Shown: positions 9,822 to 20,333, counted from the first letter of the stretch. The stretch is 64,000 bases of DNA from Chthonomonadales bacterium (GCA_037443035.1 JBBIPC010000001.1:288001-352000); one strand, 5' to 3'. Numbers and translations are program-made. Notes: generated from the letters alone by a model not told the origin.

Positions 9822-12482
9822 CTACTTGTCGCGATCGGCCTTGGCGAGAGCTGCCTGCGCTGCTGCAAGGCGTGCCACTGGCACGCGCTTTGGCGAACAG
9901 CTGACGTAGTTCATGCCGATCATGTGGCAGAACTCGATCGAGTCAGGATCGCCGCCATGCTCACCGCAGATTCCAATCTTGAGGGTTGGGTTGGCGGCCC
10001 TAGCCTCGCGGACGCAGAGATCCATGAGCCGACCCACACCATCCCGGTCAATGGACTCGGTCGGGTCGCCTGGGAAAATCTTCTCTTCCAGGTATAACCG
10101 CATGAACTTCCCGGCGTCATCACGGCTGATACCGTAGGTCATCTGCGTAAGGTCATTGGTGCCGAAGCTGAAGAACGCAGTCTCCGCGGCAATGGCGCCT
10201 GCCGTGAGACAAGCCCGCGGAATCTCGATCATCGTGCCAAACTGGTAGTCCACTTCGACCCCTTCGGCCTCCATCGTCTTCCTGGCCGTCTCTTCCAGGC
10301 GAGACTTCACCCAGGTCAACTCGTTCACATGCCCGACGAGTGGGATCATGATCTCGGGGTGGACGTCCTTGCCGGACTTCTTGACCTCGCATGCGGCGCC
10401 GATGATTGCGGCAACCTGCATTTGCACGATCCCCGGCATGTAGACAGAGAGCCTGCAGCCGCGCAGTCCCAGCATAGGGTTGGCCTCATGCATGCCTCGC
10501 ACGGCCTTCAGCAATGTCTGGAGTTCGGCCAGGCGCGGGTTCGAGGGGTCTGTGCACTCGAGCCGGACGACCTCTTCCAGCAATTCTGCTTCCCGAGGCA
10601 GGAACTCATGCAGCGGTGGGTCAATGAGGCGGATGGTCACGGGCCTGCCGCCCATCGCCTCGAAGATGCCAATGAAGTCCTTGCGCTGCAGGGGCAGCAA
10701 GGCCGCAAGGGCTTCCTCGCGGTCCGCGTCGTTCTCGGCTAGTATCAGCTTGCGAACAAGTGGCACACGATCTCCAAGGAACATGTGCTCGGTGCGGCAC
10801 AGACCGATGCCCTCGGCTCCTTTCTCGACGGCGTCACGTGCCTGCTCAGGCGTGTCCGCGTTGGCACGAACTCCCAGCCTGCGGAACTCATCCGCCCACC
10901 GGAGTACCTCGCCGACTTCGCCGGCGACCTTCGGCGGCTCCGTCGGCAACTTGCCCTTGTAGACGATGCCTTCGGTACCGTCAATGGAGATCCAGTCGCC
11001 TTCCTTCAAGGTGACCCCATGGGCGGTGATAGTCCGTGCTTCATGATCGATCTTGATGTCGCCGCAGCCGCAGATGGTCGGAATACCGAACTGGCGCGCG
11101 ACCAGGGCGGCATGGGAGGTACGTCCGCCCCGGCTTGTCAGTACACCGCGGGAGGCCAGCATCCCGGCCAGATCATCGGGGTTCGTTTCTTCGCGAACTA
11201 GGATAAGATCCACCGATGGGTCTTCCTTGGCCTTGGCCACTGCCGTCGCCGAGTCGAGGACGACCATGCCCGTCGCGGCACCAGGCCCTGCGTTCATGCC
11301 TCGCGCAAGAATACGGTCGGCCGGCTTCTCGGTGAACTGCGGGAACATAGTCTGCTGAAGGCCTTCGGGAGTGATACGCCCGGCGATGGCCTCTTCCTTC
11401 GTAATGAGGCCCTCGTGGACCATGTCTACGGCGATCTTCACCGCCGCGATACCTGTGCGCTTGCCGGCTCGGCACTGGAGGATGAAGAGGCGCCCGTCCT
11501 CGATGGTGAACTCTATGTCCTGCATCTCGCGGTAGTGCTTCTCCAGCGTCTCCGCGATCTTGGCGAACTGATCATAGATGGCGGGATTCTGCTGGGCCAG
11601 TGTCTGGATATCCATGGGGGTCCGCACGCCCGCAACGACATCCTCACCCTGGGCGTTCATCAGGTACTCCCCGTACAGGGCTTTCTCGCCGGTGGCGGGG
11701 TTTCGCGTGAAGGCAACTCCCGTGCCGGAGTTCTCGCCGGTGTTGCCGAAGACCATGGCCTGAATATTCACTGCCGTGCCAAGGTCGTCGCTGATCTTTT
11801 CCCGCTTGCGGTAGACGATGGCGCGCTCATTCATCCACGAAGAGAAGACGGCCTCGATGGCGCCTTCGAGCTGCGCCATGACATCTTGCGGAAAGTCCTT
11901 GCCGGTTCTGGCCTTGGTGTGGGCCTTGAACTGTTCGCAGAGTTCCTTCAGCTCGGCTGCGCCCACTTCGGTGTCCTGCATGACACCCAGCTTAGCTTTG
12001 AGCGCACTCAGCATCTCTTCGTATTCATGCTTCGGCACGCCCATGACGACATCGCTGTACATCATGATTAGGCGGCGATAAGCGTCATAGGCGAAGCGCT
12101 CGTTCTGTGTCCGCGCGATCAGCCCCTGAATGGTCAGATCCGTGAGGCCTAGGTTCAGGATCGTGTCCATCATGCCAGGCATGCTGAACTTCGCCCCTGA
12201 ACGCACAGAGACAAGAAGTGGATTCGCCGGGTCACCGAACTTTCTCCCCAGCGATGCCTCCACGGTAGCCAACGCCTGGCGCACTTCGCCCATAAGGCCT
12301 TCCGGCAGGCGACGACCGTTCTTGTAGTACTCGGTGCACACCTCGGTCGTGATGGTGAAACCTGGCGGGACTGGCAATCCGATGTTCGTCATCTCCGCCA
12401 GGTTGGCGCCCTTGCCTCCCAGGAGATCCCGCATCTTCGCGTTACCTTCATGGAAGAGCCAGACGCGCTTGTTGCTGCTCAT
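9822..12482 (-). CDS. ppdK: Pyruvate, phosphate dikinase
   Basis: LLGGKGANLAEM, SVRSGA..SMPGMMDT, GGRTSHAA phospho-His, GIGLCRTEHMF, SFGTNDLTQ, ICGEHGG. Confidence 0.98.
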   Translation of the reverse strand: MSSNKRVWLFHEGNAKMRDLLGGKGANLAEMTNIGLPVPPGFTITTEVCTEYYKNGRRLPEGLMGEVRQALATVEASLGRKFGDPANPLLVSVRSGAKFSMPGMMDTILNLGLTDLTIQGLIARTQNERFAYDAYRRLIMMYSDVVMGVPKHEYEEMLSALKAKLGVMQDTEVGAAELKELCEQFKAHTKARTGKDFPQDVMAQLEGAIEAVFSSWMNERAIVYRKREKISDDLGTAVNIQAMVFGNTGENSGTGVAFTRNPATGEKALYGEYLMNAQGEDVVAGVRTPMDIQTLAQQNPAIYDQFAKIAETLEKHYREMQDIEFTIEDGRLFILQCRAGKRTGIAAVKIAVDMVHEGLITKEEAIAGRITPEGLQQTMFPQFTEKPADRILARGMNAGPGAATGMVVLDSATAVAKAKEDPSVDLILVREETNPDDLAGMLASRGVLTSRGGRTSHAALVARQFGIPTICGCGDIKIDHEARTITAHGVTLKEGDWISIDGTEGIVYKGKLPTEPPKVAGEVGEVLRWADEFRRLGVRANADTPEQARDAVEKGAEGIGLCRTEHMFLGDRVPLVRKLILAENDADREEALAALLPLQRKDFIGIFEAMGGRPVTIRLIDPPLHEFLPREAELLEEVVRLECTDPSNPRLAELQTLLKAVRGMHEANPMLGLRGCRLSVYMPGIVQMQVAAIIGAACEVKKSGKDVHPEIMIPLVGHVNELTWVKSRLEETARKTMEAEGVEVDYQFGTMIEIPRACLTAGAIAAETAFFSFGTNDLTQMTYGISRDDAGKFMRLYLEEKIFPGDPTESIDRDGVGRLMDLCVREARAANPTLKIGICGEHGGDPDSIEFCHMIGMNYVSCSPKRVPVARLAAAQAALAKADRDK

Positions 12483-12544
12483 CTGCAAAGCCCTCCTTGC
12501 TCGTGGTCATCGTTCTGCTTTCGCGTCACGAGCCAAACCCCGTC

Positions 12545-12629
12545 ATTGTACCACGAGGTCTCCCCGCATACGGCCTTTGCGGGGTCTTCCGGCGTCAGAG
12601 AAACTACTGCTCTCGTACAGCGGTATAAT
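12545..12629. promoter_or_regulatory. Divergent promoter region ppdK / def-fmt
   Basis: Minus-strand TGGTACAAT (12545-12553) extended -10; plus-strand TATAAT (12624-12629). Confidence 0.5.
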
Positions 12630-12652
12630 GAGCCAGGAGCGCGTTCCAGAAT

Positions 12653-13231
12653 ATGGGCGATAACGGACACAAAGGCAGCCTTACCATCATCGTTCCCGAG
12701 CATATTGCGAAGCTCTGGCCGACACGCTGCCAGACTATCGTCAAGCTCGGCGATCCTGCCCTGCGTGCAGTGTCCCAGCCAGTTGGCAAACCCAGCCCGG
12801 AGATCCGCAAGTTGGTGGAACGCATGAAGAGCGCCATGCGGGAGGACAATGGCATTGGCCTCGCCGCGCCCCAGGTCGGCGTGAACCTGCGTGTTATCAT
12901 CTACCGCTTGCCTGAGGAGAATGCGCCGCTACGGGTCATCCTCGACCCTCGCATCGTCCATGCCAAGGGAGAACAGACCGGCATAGAGGGGTGTTTGTCG
13001 TTGCCTTACCTTCACGGCGAAGTAACCCGAGCCAGAGAGATAATGGTAAGAGGCACCGACATGCTAGGGCGTGCTGTTCGGCGCCGAGCGACGGACCTCG
13101 AGGCTCGAGTAATCCAGCACGAAATCGATCATCTCGACGGGATCCTATTCATTGATCGGGCCAACCCGGAAACGTTACATTGGGCCATCCCCGAGTCCGA
13201 GCTCGTGGGTGCTGGCGCGGGTGACGACTAG
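12653..13231 (+). CDS. def: Peptide deformylase
   Basis: GIGLAAPQVG, EGCLS, QHEIDHLDG. Confidence 0.97.
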   Translation: MGDNGHKGSLTIIVPEHIAKLWPTRCQTIVKLGDPALRAVSQPVGKPSPEIRKLVERMKSAMREDNGIGLAAPQVGVNLRVIIYRLPEENAPLRVILDPRIVHAKGEQTGIEGCLSLPYLHGEVTRAREIMVRGTDMLGRAVRRRATDLEARVIQHEIDHLDGILFIDRANPETLHWAIPESELVGAGAGDD

Positions 13232-13245
13232 CGCGAATCCGTTCG

Positions 13246-14217
13246 ATGCACCCCCGAGTAATGCGCTGTGTCTTCTTTGGCACGTCCGACTTCGCCGCTA
13301 CGATACTCCGTCGATTGACGCTGGCTCCTGAAATCGCCGTCGTAGTTGCCGTCACGCAGCCGGATCGTCCGCAGGGCCGTGGACGCCGTCTTGCAGAGCC
13401 TCCGGTAAAGTCAGCCGCCACCGAGCTGCACATCTCGGTACTACAGCCGGAGAAGCTGCGTAGCCGCCGGCTCCGTGGTATGCTGGAAGACCTCGCACCG
13501 GACTTCTTCGTCGTGGCAGCCTATGGACGCATCCTGCCGGCATCGCTGCTGTCCGTTCCTGTCGTCGCGCCCGTGAATGTCCACGCATCCCTTCTTCCCC
13601 GCTATCGGGGCGCAGCGCCCATCCAGCGAGCTCTACTCGATGGCGAGACCGTTACGGGTGTTACGACCATTTGGATGAACGAGCGCATGGACGAGGGAGA
13701 CATTCTCCTCAAGGAGGAGCTAGAGATCCTGCTGGACGACAACGCTGCCAGCCTGACGGCACGCCTTGCAGACGTCGGAGCAGAGCTGACGCTCAGTACC
13801 CTCATCGGCTTGGGCCATGGTAGGCTCGTGAGGACGCCACAGGACCATACCGAAGCCACTTACGCGCCCCCGATCACGCCGGAGGATACCGTCATTCGCT
13901 GGCACGAGACGGCTCTTGGTTGCCACAACCGGATCCGCGCCATGTCGCCGCGCCCTGGTGCTCTTGCCTGGTACGGCGGCCGTCGGCTGAAGGTGTTGGC
14001 AAGCTCGCTACCCTCGGAAGCGGCCAAACCGTGTGCGGAACCTGCAACGGTGATTTCCATAACGAACTGGGCTGTACGTGTGGCTACTGGCAGCGGTCCC
14101 ATAGATCTTGTCACGGTCCAGCCGGAAGGTTCTCGCGTCATGTCCGGGGCCGAATGGGCGCGAGGCGCCCGCCTTCGCGCCGGCGACCAGCTGGACGCTC
14201 CATTGATTGGTAAGTAG
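13246..14217 (+). CDS. fmt: Methionyl-tRNA formyltransferase
   Basis: FFGTSDFA, TQPDRPQGRG, NVHASLLPRYRGAAPIQ; follows def. Confidence 0.97.
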   Translation: MHPRVMRCVFFGTSDFAATILRRLTLAPEIAVVVAVTQPDRPQGRGRRLAEPPVKSAATELHISVLQPEKLRSRRLRGMLEDLAPDFFVVAAYGRILPASLLSVPVVAPVNVHASLLPRYRGAAPIQRALLDGETVTGVTTIWMNERMDEGDILLKEELEILLDDNAASLTARLADVGAELTLSTLIGLGHGRLVRTPQDHTEATYAPPITPEDTVIRWHETALGCHNRIRAMSPRPGALAWYGGRRLKVLASSLPSEAAKPCAEPATVISITNWAVRVATGSGPIDLVTVQPEGSRVMSGAEWARGARLRAGDQLDAPLIGK

Positions 14218-14226
14218 GGCCGGCTT

Positions 14227-16104
14227 GTGAAACACCGATATCACGGCATCCTTCTTGTCACGCTCGCGATTGCAGCCAGCATTGTCTCGATACGCCTGCT
14301 CAGGGCCGACCAAAGCGCGGTGGCGCCGGCAACTGGCTCCCTGCTCGAGCTCGCTTCGGCAATGGAAAACGCGGTGCGTGCAGGAGATCCGGTGCGAGCC
14401 GAGGGGATCACGGCCCCAGGTGTGCGCAACGACTACGAGTGGATCCGGGAGTGGAAGGCTTCCGGTGGTAGCAGCGGCATCTGGCGCGCCAGCATTGTCC
14501 AGTGGCGGCATGGGACGTCCGATGTGGTACGGCTACTCCAGGTCTCGCGGCCACAGGTTACCCAGAGCACGAGTGATCACCTCTATAGGATCGCATCGAC
14601 CGGCAGTACCGCCCGCTTGGGTCCCGAAATCCCCGAAAGCGAGGTGGTGGGTGGGCGTGTCATCAGCCACAGTCTCGACGTCGAGTTTCGTCCTGCCGAC
14701 CGCTCGGTTGTTGTTCAGGATACGGCAACCGTTCGGCGTCAGGCTAGCCATCTTCCCTTCACTCTGCTCCGTCTCAACGAGAACTTCGTGGTAACCAGCG
14801 TCACCAGGGACGGCAGGCCCGTTGCCTATCAGCGCGCAGGCGGCTTCCTCATTCTGCCACCACCGGATGCTGAACAGGTTCGCGTCACCTTCCGGTCCGC
14901 GTCAAGCCTTCCTTCTACGGGCGAGAGCTTCGCAGCGCATGACGAGACGGCGATTACGGCATACTGGTACGTCCATACAGCGCGACTACCTGCTACCGCC
15001 ACGACGCACATCACTGCACCGGCGGGGTGGCGAACGATCAGCAACGGCGATCTTGTAGCAGAATCCCGCGATGGCGATCGCTGGAGTTCGACCTGGGCCA
15101 CGGCCGTGCCGCTCTGCTATCTCACGGCGGCTGCCGGAAAGTACCAGGAGACCGTTCAGCGGGCCGGACCGGTCCCCATTCGGGCGTGGCTACTCGGCAA
15201 GTCCGAGCAGCGAGCAACGAGCATCTGCCGTACGGCCAGCAACGCAATAGCTTGGCTCCGCACCACATTCGGCCCATACCCGTTCAAAGAGTACATCGTC
15301 GTCGAGTCACGGATCTTTCCTCCGGCGCTGGAGGGCTACTCGTTCACCCTGTCAGGATCCGCGAATCTGCCGGACGTGATCCTCCACGAAGCGAGCCACA
15401 CGTGGTGGGGCGGTCTGGTGCCGTGCACCTACACCAGTTCTATGTGGAACGAGGCCTTCGCTACCTACACAGAGTGGCTCTATGAGCGGCTGTACCGGCA
15501 TCCATCTTCGCAGGATCCGGGCCATGGCGCAGTGGCTTCGGCGGCCAGCCTGCCGTCGGAACCGCCCATCGCCAAGGCGCGTGATGCCATGCACCCCAGC
15601 CACGCGGCCATCGGCTATCAGAAAGGCGCCCTTGTCCTCGCTCAACTAGAGCGGCTAGTTGGTACCGAGACAATGCTCCGTATCATGCGTGCCTTCGTCG
15701 CTGAGCACAAACGGTTTGAAGCCGCCGACTGGGCCGAGTTCGCCGCCGCCCTCAACCGCGTAGCTGGCAGCGGCTGGCAAGGCTTCCTCGGTCCGTGGCT
15801 CCAGGAGCCTGGGCTTCCCCAGTACAGTCTTCGTTCCGTCAGCGCTAGACCCAGTGGTGACGGCTACCTGCTCGAAGGACTGATCGTGACTTCAGCGCCG
15901 GCTCGAGTGTGTCTTGCACCGCTGCTGGTCGAGACCGAGAGCGGAGAAGTGGATCATACGGTCGTGGTCCGCCGGCCGCAGACGCGCTTCTCGATCACGT
16001 GTCCGTCACGGCCCGTGAGAGTGCGTCTGGATCCCGACGGGTTGATGCTCCGTAGCCCGGGCCCGGACGTGATTGTTCCAGTGCCGTGGCAAAGTGCTCT
16101 GTAA
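14227..16104 (+). CDS. Secreted M1-family (gluzincin) aminopeptidase
   Basis: Signal peptide; FGPYPF, HEASHTWWG...WNEAFA (HEXXH-X18-E), YQKGA. Confidence 0.85.
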   Translation: MKHRYHGILLVTLAIAASIVSIRLLRADQSAVAPATGSLLELASAMENAVRAGDPVRAEGITAPGVRNDYEWIREWKASGGSSGIWRASIVQWRHGTSDVVRLLQVSRPQVTQSTSDHLYRIASTGSTARLGPEIPESEVVGGRVISHSLDVEFRPADRSVVVQDTATVRRQASHLPFTLLRLNENFVVTSVTRDGRPVAYQRAGGFLILPPPDAEQVRVTFRSASSLPSTGESFAAHDETAITAYWYVHTARLPATATTHITAPAGWRTISNGDLVAESRDGDRWSSTWATAVPLCYLTAAAGKYQETVQRAGPVPIRAWLLGKSEQRATSICRTASNAIAWLRTTFGPYPFKEYIVVESRIFPPALEGYSFTLSGSANLPDVILHEASHTWWGGLVPCTYTSSMWNEAFATYTEWLYERLYRHPSSQDPGHGAVASAASLPSEPPIAKARDAMHPSHAAIGYQKGALVLAQLERLVGTETMLRIMRAFVAEHKRFEAADWAEFAAALNRVAGSGWQGFLGPWLQEPGLPQYSLRSVSARPSGDGYLLEGLIVTSAPARVCLAPLLVETESGEVDHTVVVRRPQTRFSITCPSRPVRVRLDPDGLMLRSPGPDVIVPVPWQSAL

Positions 16105-16119
16105 CCTCACGGCTCCAGC

Positions 16120-16159
16120 TTGACAGCGACTTGACAAACCTAGCTTCGGCAGCTATCAT
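16120..16159 (+). promoter_or_regulatory. sigma70 promoter with a duplicated TTGACA 11 bp upstream
   Basis: TTGACA(16131)-N17-TATCAT(16154); extra TTGACA at 16120. Confidence 0.65.
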
Positions 16160-16235
16160 GTTATCTGACGATACCTCGGCCAGACAAGAGGCCGTGGTGT
16201 GGTGACTACCCAACTAGGGGAGAAAGGGAGCAACG

Positions 16236-17060
16236 ATGCGAACGTCGTCCTCGAGTCGCAAAGGGTTCACCCTGATCGAGCTGCTGGTCGTCATCGCGAT
16301 TATCGCGATCCTGGCGGCTATCCTCTTCCCGGTCTTCGCGCGAGCCAGGGAGAACGCCCGCAAGGCGCAGTGTATCTCCAACATGAAGCAGTTGACCCTC
16401 AGCCTGCTCATGTACGCCCAGGACTACGACGGCAGAGCACCGCGTCATGGGTGGGGCTGGTGGGAACAGGCTGCCTACTGCCAGGACAACCCACCTGGTA
16501 CGGACTTCAACTACAAGTGGAGCTGGTACCCATGTGGAGACCGCTCCATGGCGACGTGGCGGTCCATCATCTATCCGTATGTCAAGAACGCCGGTGTCTA
16601 CAACTGTCCAACGTTCGAGATGCCGGACGAGCCCCTGTGGCTCGACATGGTAGCCCAAGTAACGTACAAGATCCGCCGGGGCTACGCACTGAGCTACACC
16701 ATCGTCCACGACTGCTGCGCTCGCAACAGCTTCGACGCTTGCCCACGGCCAGGCAGTACTATTCTCATGACGGAAAGTCGCGAGTTCTACCACGACTGGA
16801 AGCAGGACTTTATCGACGACCGTGCCTGGTTCGACAACTCCAAGGGGATCATGACGACCCACAACGGGATCTCCAACTTCGGCTTCTACGACGGGCACGT
16901 CAAGGCAATGAGGCTTCAGGCCACGTTCGGCGCGCTTGCATACGGAGACAGCGGGATTCCGACGGACGACATGCTCTGGGCCTGGTTCAACGGCGGCGGC
17001 TGGGAGCAGCCGAGCTGGCTCCGGAACGCACTGGCGAACGTGGCACCAGAGTACCGGTAG
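16236..17060 (+). CDS. Prepilin-type N-terminal cleavage/methylation protein, DUF1559 / H-X9-DG family
   Basis: [34 protein letters not shown]...[20 protein letters not shown]. Confidence 0.92.
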   Translation: MRTSSSSRKGFTLIELLVVIAIIAILAAILFPVFARARENARKAQCISNMKQLTLSLLMYAQDYDGRAPRHGWGWWEQAAYCQDNPPGTDFNYKWSWYPCGDRSMATWRSIIYPYVKNAGVYNCPTFEMPDEPLWLDMVAQVTYKIRRGYALSYTIVHDCCARNSFDACPRPGSTILMTESREFYHDWKQDFIDDRAWFDNSKGIMTTHNGISNFGFYDGHVKAMRLQATFGALAYGDSGIPTDDMLWAWFNGGGWEQPSWLRNALANVAPEYR

Positions 17061-17085
17061 AGTAGACCCAGAACCGCGCAATTCT

Positions 17086-17121
17086 AGCCCCCTGCCGGCC
17101 ACAGACAGGGGGCTTCTTGTT
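17086..17121 (+). terminator. Rho-independent terminator
   Basis: AGCCCCCTG...CAGGGGGCT followed by TCTTGTT. Confidence 0.7.
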
Positions 17122-17159
17122 GTCCCGTGGTCTACAATGCGTAGGACGATCGAACTCCA

Positions 17160-18413
17160 GTGTCAGCTACTGAACGAACTGCGATTGCCGCCAAGATCAC
17201 GGCGACCTTTGGGGCATTACGTCATCGTGACTATCGGGTCTTCTGGACCGGTACTTGCGTGTCATTCATTGGCACATGGGTCCAGAATGTGGCCCTCGGT
17301 CTCTACGTCTATAGGCTAACTGGCTCCAAGGAGGCCCTCGGTGCGGTGGGTCTCGCATCAGGCTTGCCCGTGACCGTCCTCCTGCTCTATGGTGGTGCCA
17401 TCGCAGACCGGGTCGACAAGCGTCGTCTACTCTTCGTCACCCAGTCCATCTACGCCGCATCGGCGTTCGCGCTTGCTGCTCTCGTGGCGACCCATCTCGC
17501 CCGTCCGTGGCATATCATCGCGATATCGTTCGTGAACGGCATGGTCTTCGCCGTAGATGGCCCTGCACGCCAGGCGCTCGTCTATGACCTTGTCGGTCCA
17601 GAGGATCTAGCCACTGGTGTCGCCCTGCAATCGGCTTCCTTCAACGTAGCGCGCGTCCTGGGTCCTGCGCTGGGTAGCGTCATCTATGCTTCGCTGGGCC
17701 CAGCATGGTGCTTCGCAACGAACGGCTTGAGCTTCGGCGCCGTACTGCTCAGTCTCGGCTTCATTCGGTCGTCGGCCGCCACCAGGGCTGCCGAGGGCGT
17801 TGCGCCATCTGAAGGGGTTCGTGCGAGCTTCCAGTACCTGCGGCAGTCCCTTCCGGCTAGGACGATTCTGACGCTTACGGCCACCGCCAGTATCTTCGGC
17901 GTAGCCAACTATCAGACACTCATGCCAGCGTTCGCTCGGGACTGTCTACGCATCGGCGAGCAGGACGCTCGTTACGGCTTTCTCTTCTCTGCGATTGGCC
18001 TGGGCTCCCTGGGCGGCGTCTATTACGTCGGCCGCAACGCTCAGGCCGGCAGACGCGGTCTCACGGTAATCACTGGTGCCGTCTGCTTCGCCCTCGCGCT
18101 CACCGCTCTTGGGCAGGCGAGGAGCTACCACTGGGCGCTTCTGATTCTCTTCGCCGTTGGGCTGTCGGCGGTGTCCCAACTGGCCACAGCTAACAGCCTG
18201 ACACAGACCATGGCGCCAGAGGGACTCCGAGGGCGGGCGGTTGCGCTGCATATGCTTGCCATGGCCGGGCTGCAGCCCGTTGGAGCATTCCTAGCAGGTA
18301 CGATAGCACAGCGGCTGAGTGTGGGGTTCTCGCTGACCATGGGCGGCGTGATCGTCGCCTGTGTCGCGACTGTGCTCGCCGCGCGTTATCGGTCCGTATT
18401 CCGTGTGGCATAG
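17160..18413 (+). CDS. MFS transporter (DUF894/MFS_3-like)
   Basis: FGALRHRDYR, GAIADRVDKRRLL, DGPARQA, FNVARVLGPA; about 12 hydrophobic segments. Confidence 0.9.
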   Translation: MSATERTAIAAKITATFGALRHRDYRVFWTGTCVSFIGTWVQNVALGLYVYRLTGSKEALGAVGLASGLPVTVLLLYGGAIADRVDKRRLLFVTQSIYAASAFALAALVATHLARPWHIIAISFVNGMVFAVDGPARQALVYDLVGPEDLATGVALQSASFNVARVLGPALGSVIYASLGPAWCFATNGLSFGAVLLSLGFIRSSAATRAAEGVAPSEGVRASFQYLRQSLPARTILTLTATASIFGVANYQTLMPAFARDCLRIGEQDARYGFLFSAIGLGSLGGVYYVGRNAQAGRRGLTVITGAVCFALALTALGQARSYHWALLILFAVGLSAVSQLATANSLTQTMAPEGLRGRAVALHMLAMAGLQPVGAFLAGTIAQRLSVGFSLTMGGVIVACVATVLAARYRSVFRVA

Positions 18414-18434
18414 CATGAGAAAGGAGGAAACCCC

Positions 18435-19145
18435 ATGAGCATCGGCATTCCGGGTAGTCTCACTTGGTGTGGTCATGCTGCCTTTCGCATCACTACTTCG
18501 AGCGGCAGAGTACTCTTCATAGACCCGTTTCTGTCAGGCAATCCTGCGTGCCCGGCCCACCTCCGTCGGCCCGAGCGCTGCGACGCCATTCTTGTCACCC
18601 ACGGCCACGGGGACCATGTGGGCGACACGGTGGACATCGCTCGCAGAACAGGAGCGCAGGTCGTGGCTATCGTGGAGGTCGCGGAGTGGCTGAGCCGCAA
18701 AGGCGTAGGCCAGGTCATCGGTATGAACAAAGGTGGTACGGTGCAAGTCGCCGGGGTGGACGTCACCATGGTCCATGCGTACCATTCGAGTTCCATAAGA
18801 GATGGAAGCCAGACGCTCTACGGCGGAGAGGCGGCCGGATACGTAGTAACGATGAACGGCTTCACCTTCTACCACGCCGGCGATACGAACGTCTTCGGCG
18901 ACATGCGCCTGATCGCAGATCTGTACGCACCCAAGCTCGCGCTCTTGCCCATCGGGGACCACTACACCATGTCTCCAAAGGAGGCGGCTCTGGCAGTGGA
19001 GCTTCTACGAGTACAGCACGTCGTGCCCATGCACCATGGAACGTTTCCTGTGCTCAGTGGCACCCCGGACTCCCTCGAGAGATTGCTCGCAGGCAAGAGA
19101 GAAGTGTCTATCCATGCGCTGCGACCGGGCGATTCCCTAAACTAA
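18435..19145 (+). CDS. Metallo-beta-lactamase-fold hydrolase (UPF0173-like)
   Basis: WCGHAAF, IDPF, THGHGDH, YHAGDT, LPIGDHYTM; AGGAGG SD. Confidence 0.9.
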   Translation: MSIGIPGSLTWCGHAAFRITTSSGRVLFIDPFLSGNPACPAHLRRPERCDAILVTHGHGDHVGDTVDIARRTGAQVVAIVEVAEWLSRKGVGQVIGMNKGGTVQVAGVDVTMVHAYHSSSIRDGSQTLYGGEAAGYVVTMNGFTFYHAGDTNVFGDMRLIADLYAPKLALLPIGDHYTMSPKEAALAVELLRVQHVVPMHHGTFPVLSGTPDSLERLLAGKREVSIHALRPGDSLN

Positions 19146-19161
19146 CGTTATGGTGCGCAAA

Positions 19162-19184
19162 CGGGGCGCCGTACTGGCGCCCCG
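19162..19184. terminator. Hairpin between convergent genes
   Basis: CGGGGCGCC-GTACT-GGCGCCCCG, TTT on the minus side. Confidence 0.55.
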
Positions 19185-19236
19185 CGGTGCATGCGATTGG
19201 CCTGGAACTAATGATAAAGGACTTCTTGCGGTCTCC

Positions 19237-19416
19237 TTACGTTGCGGCGCGACGAAACACGCAGCGGTACTCGCAGGTGACAGGTTCACTCATGAACACG
19301 AGCTCCCAGCCATCGGCGCCGTATTCACTGAGCTTCTCCTGGAGCACAGTCGAATGACGGGCGTGAATGTCTGCAACGCAGTATTCCCACTTCAGACGCG
19401 CACCTGTCTCTGGCAT
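19237..19416 (-). CDS. Small DUF4177-like protein
   Basis: KWEY...LQEKLSEYGADGWELV...FRR pattern; GGAGGTG SD before MPETG. Confidence 0.7.
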   Translation of the reverse strand: MPETGARLKWEYCVADIHARHSTVLQEKLSEYGADGWELVFMSEPVTCEYRCVFRRAAT

Positions 19417-19580
19417 GGATTCACCTCCCACGCTCCATGGCGTTGGCTTGCGTATCGAGACATGCATGCACCCTTGCGGAGGGTCCGTCTCGCTCCCTCT
19501 CTTACCATTGACGACCCGCTAGCCGCTAGGTTCCAGTGCGGATTGCGCACCGAGCCGACCGTGCAAGGGCAGGGCGGTTG

Positions 19581-20333
19581 GTGAGGACCCTCACTGTCAT
19601 CCATACCAATGACCTCCATGATCGTCTCACAGACGATCAGGCGGAAGAGCTTGCCCGCCTCAAGACGGCGGGTGGTCCAAGCGTCCTGTTGCTCGATGCC
19701 GGAGACGCCATCGGTGCGGGAAACATCACCTTCAGGCCGGACGGTGAACCGATCCTCGATAGGATGGCACATGCTGGCTATGACGCCATGACTGTTGGCA
19801 ACAGAGAGTTTCACATGACTGCCACGGGCTTCGTCTGCAAGATCGGCAGTGCCAGGTTCCCCGTGCTTTGCGCCAACGTAGAGCCCCGCATTGACAAAGC
19901 ACCGTTACCATGTCGCCCATGGATTGCCTTGGATGTACCTGAGTTCGGCCCCGTTGTGCTGTTCGGGCTTACGGTACCGATGATTACGGAGACCATGGCG
20001 GTCCGCCATCTGAGCGCTTACGTCTTCCGAGACCCCCTTCAGGCCGCACGGCAGCTCGTGCCCGAGCTCGTCAAGCATGGCAGAGTCGTCGTCTGCTTGA
20101 GCCACCTCGGCACGGACCGTGACCGGCATCTGGCAACAGAACTCCCAGCGATCTCCCTCATCGTTGGCGGCCACAGCCACACGCCCCTGCCGGAAGGTCT
20201 TCGAGTTGATCGCACGCTCATTGTTCAGGCTCCTCCCCTTGCGCGCGGCTACGGCGTGGTCAACATGACGTTCACCTCCGAGACCCAGGTATCCTCGGCG
20301 TCCTTGCGCGAGTTCTCCACGCCATGTCGGTAA
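19581..20333 (+). CDS. Calcineurin-like metallophosphoesterase (5'-nucleotidase N-domain only)
   Basis: HTNDLH, LDAGD, GNREF, LSHLG, GGHSH. Confidence 0.85.
   Translation: MRTLTVIHTNDLHDRLTDDQAEELARLKTAGGPSVLLLDAGDAIGAGNITFRPDGEPILDRMAHAGYDAMTVGNREFHMTATGFVCKIGSARFPVLCANVEPRIDKAPLPCRPWIALDVPEFGPVVLFGLTVPMITETMAVRHLSAYVFRDPLQAARQLVPELVKHGRVVVCLSHLGTDRDRHLATELPAISLIVGGHSHTPLPEGLRVDRTLIVQAPPLARGYGVVNMTFTSETQVSSASLREFSTPCR

Noticed and set aside
16206..17102. 298-aa minus-strand ORF and 288-aa alternate-frame ORF over the prepilin gene
   Set aside because: Shadow ORFs typical of high-GC coding sequence; no motifs
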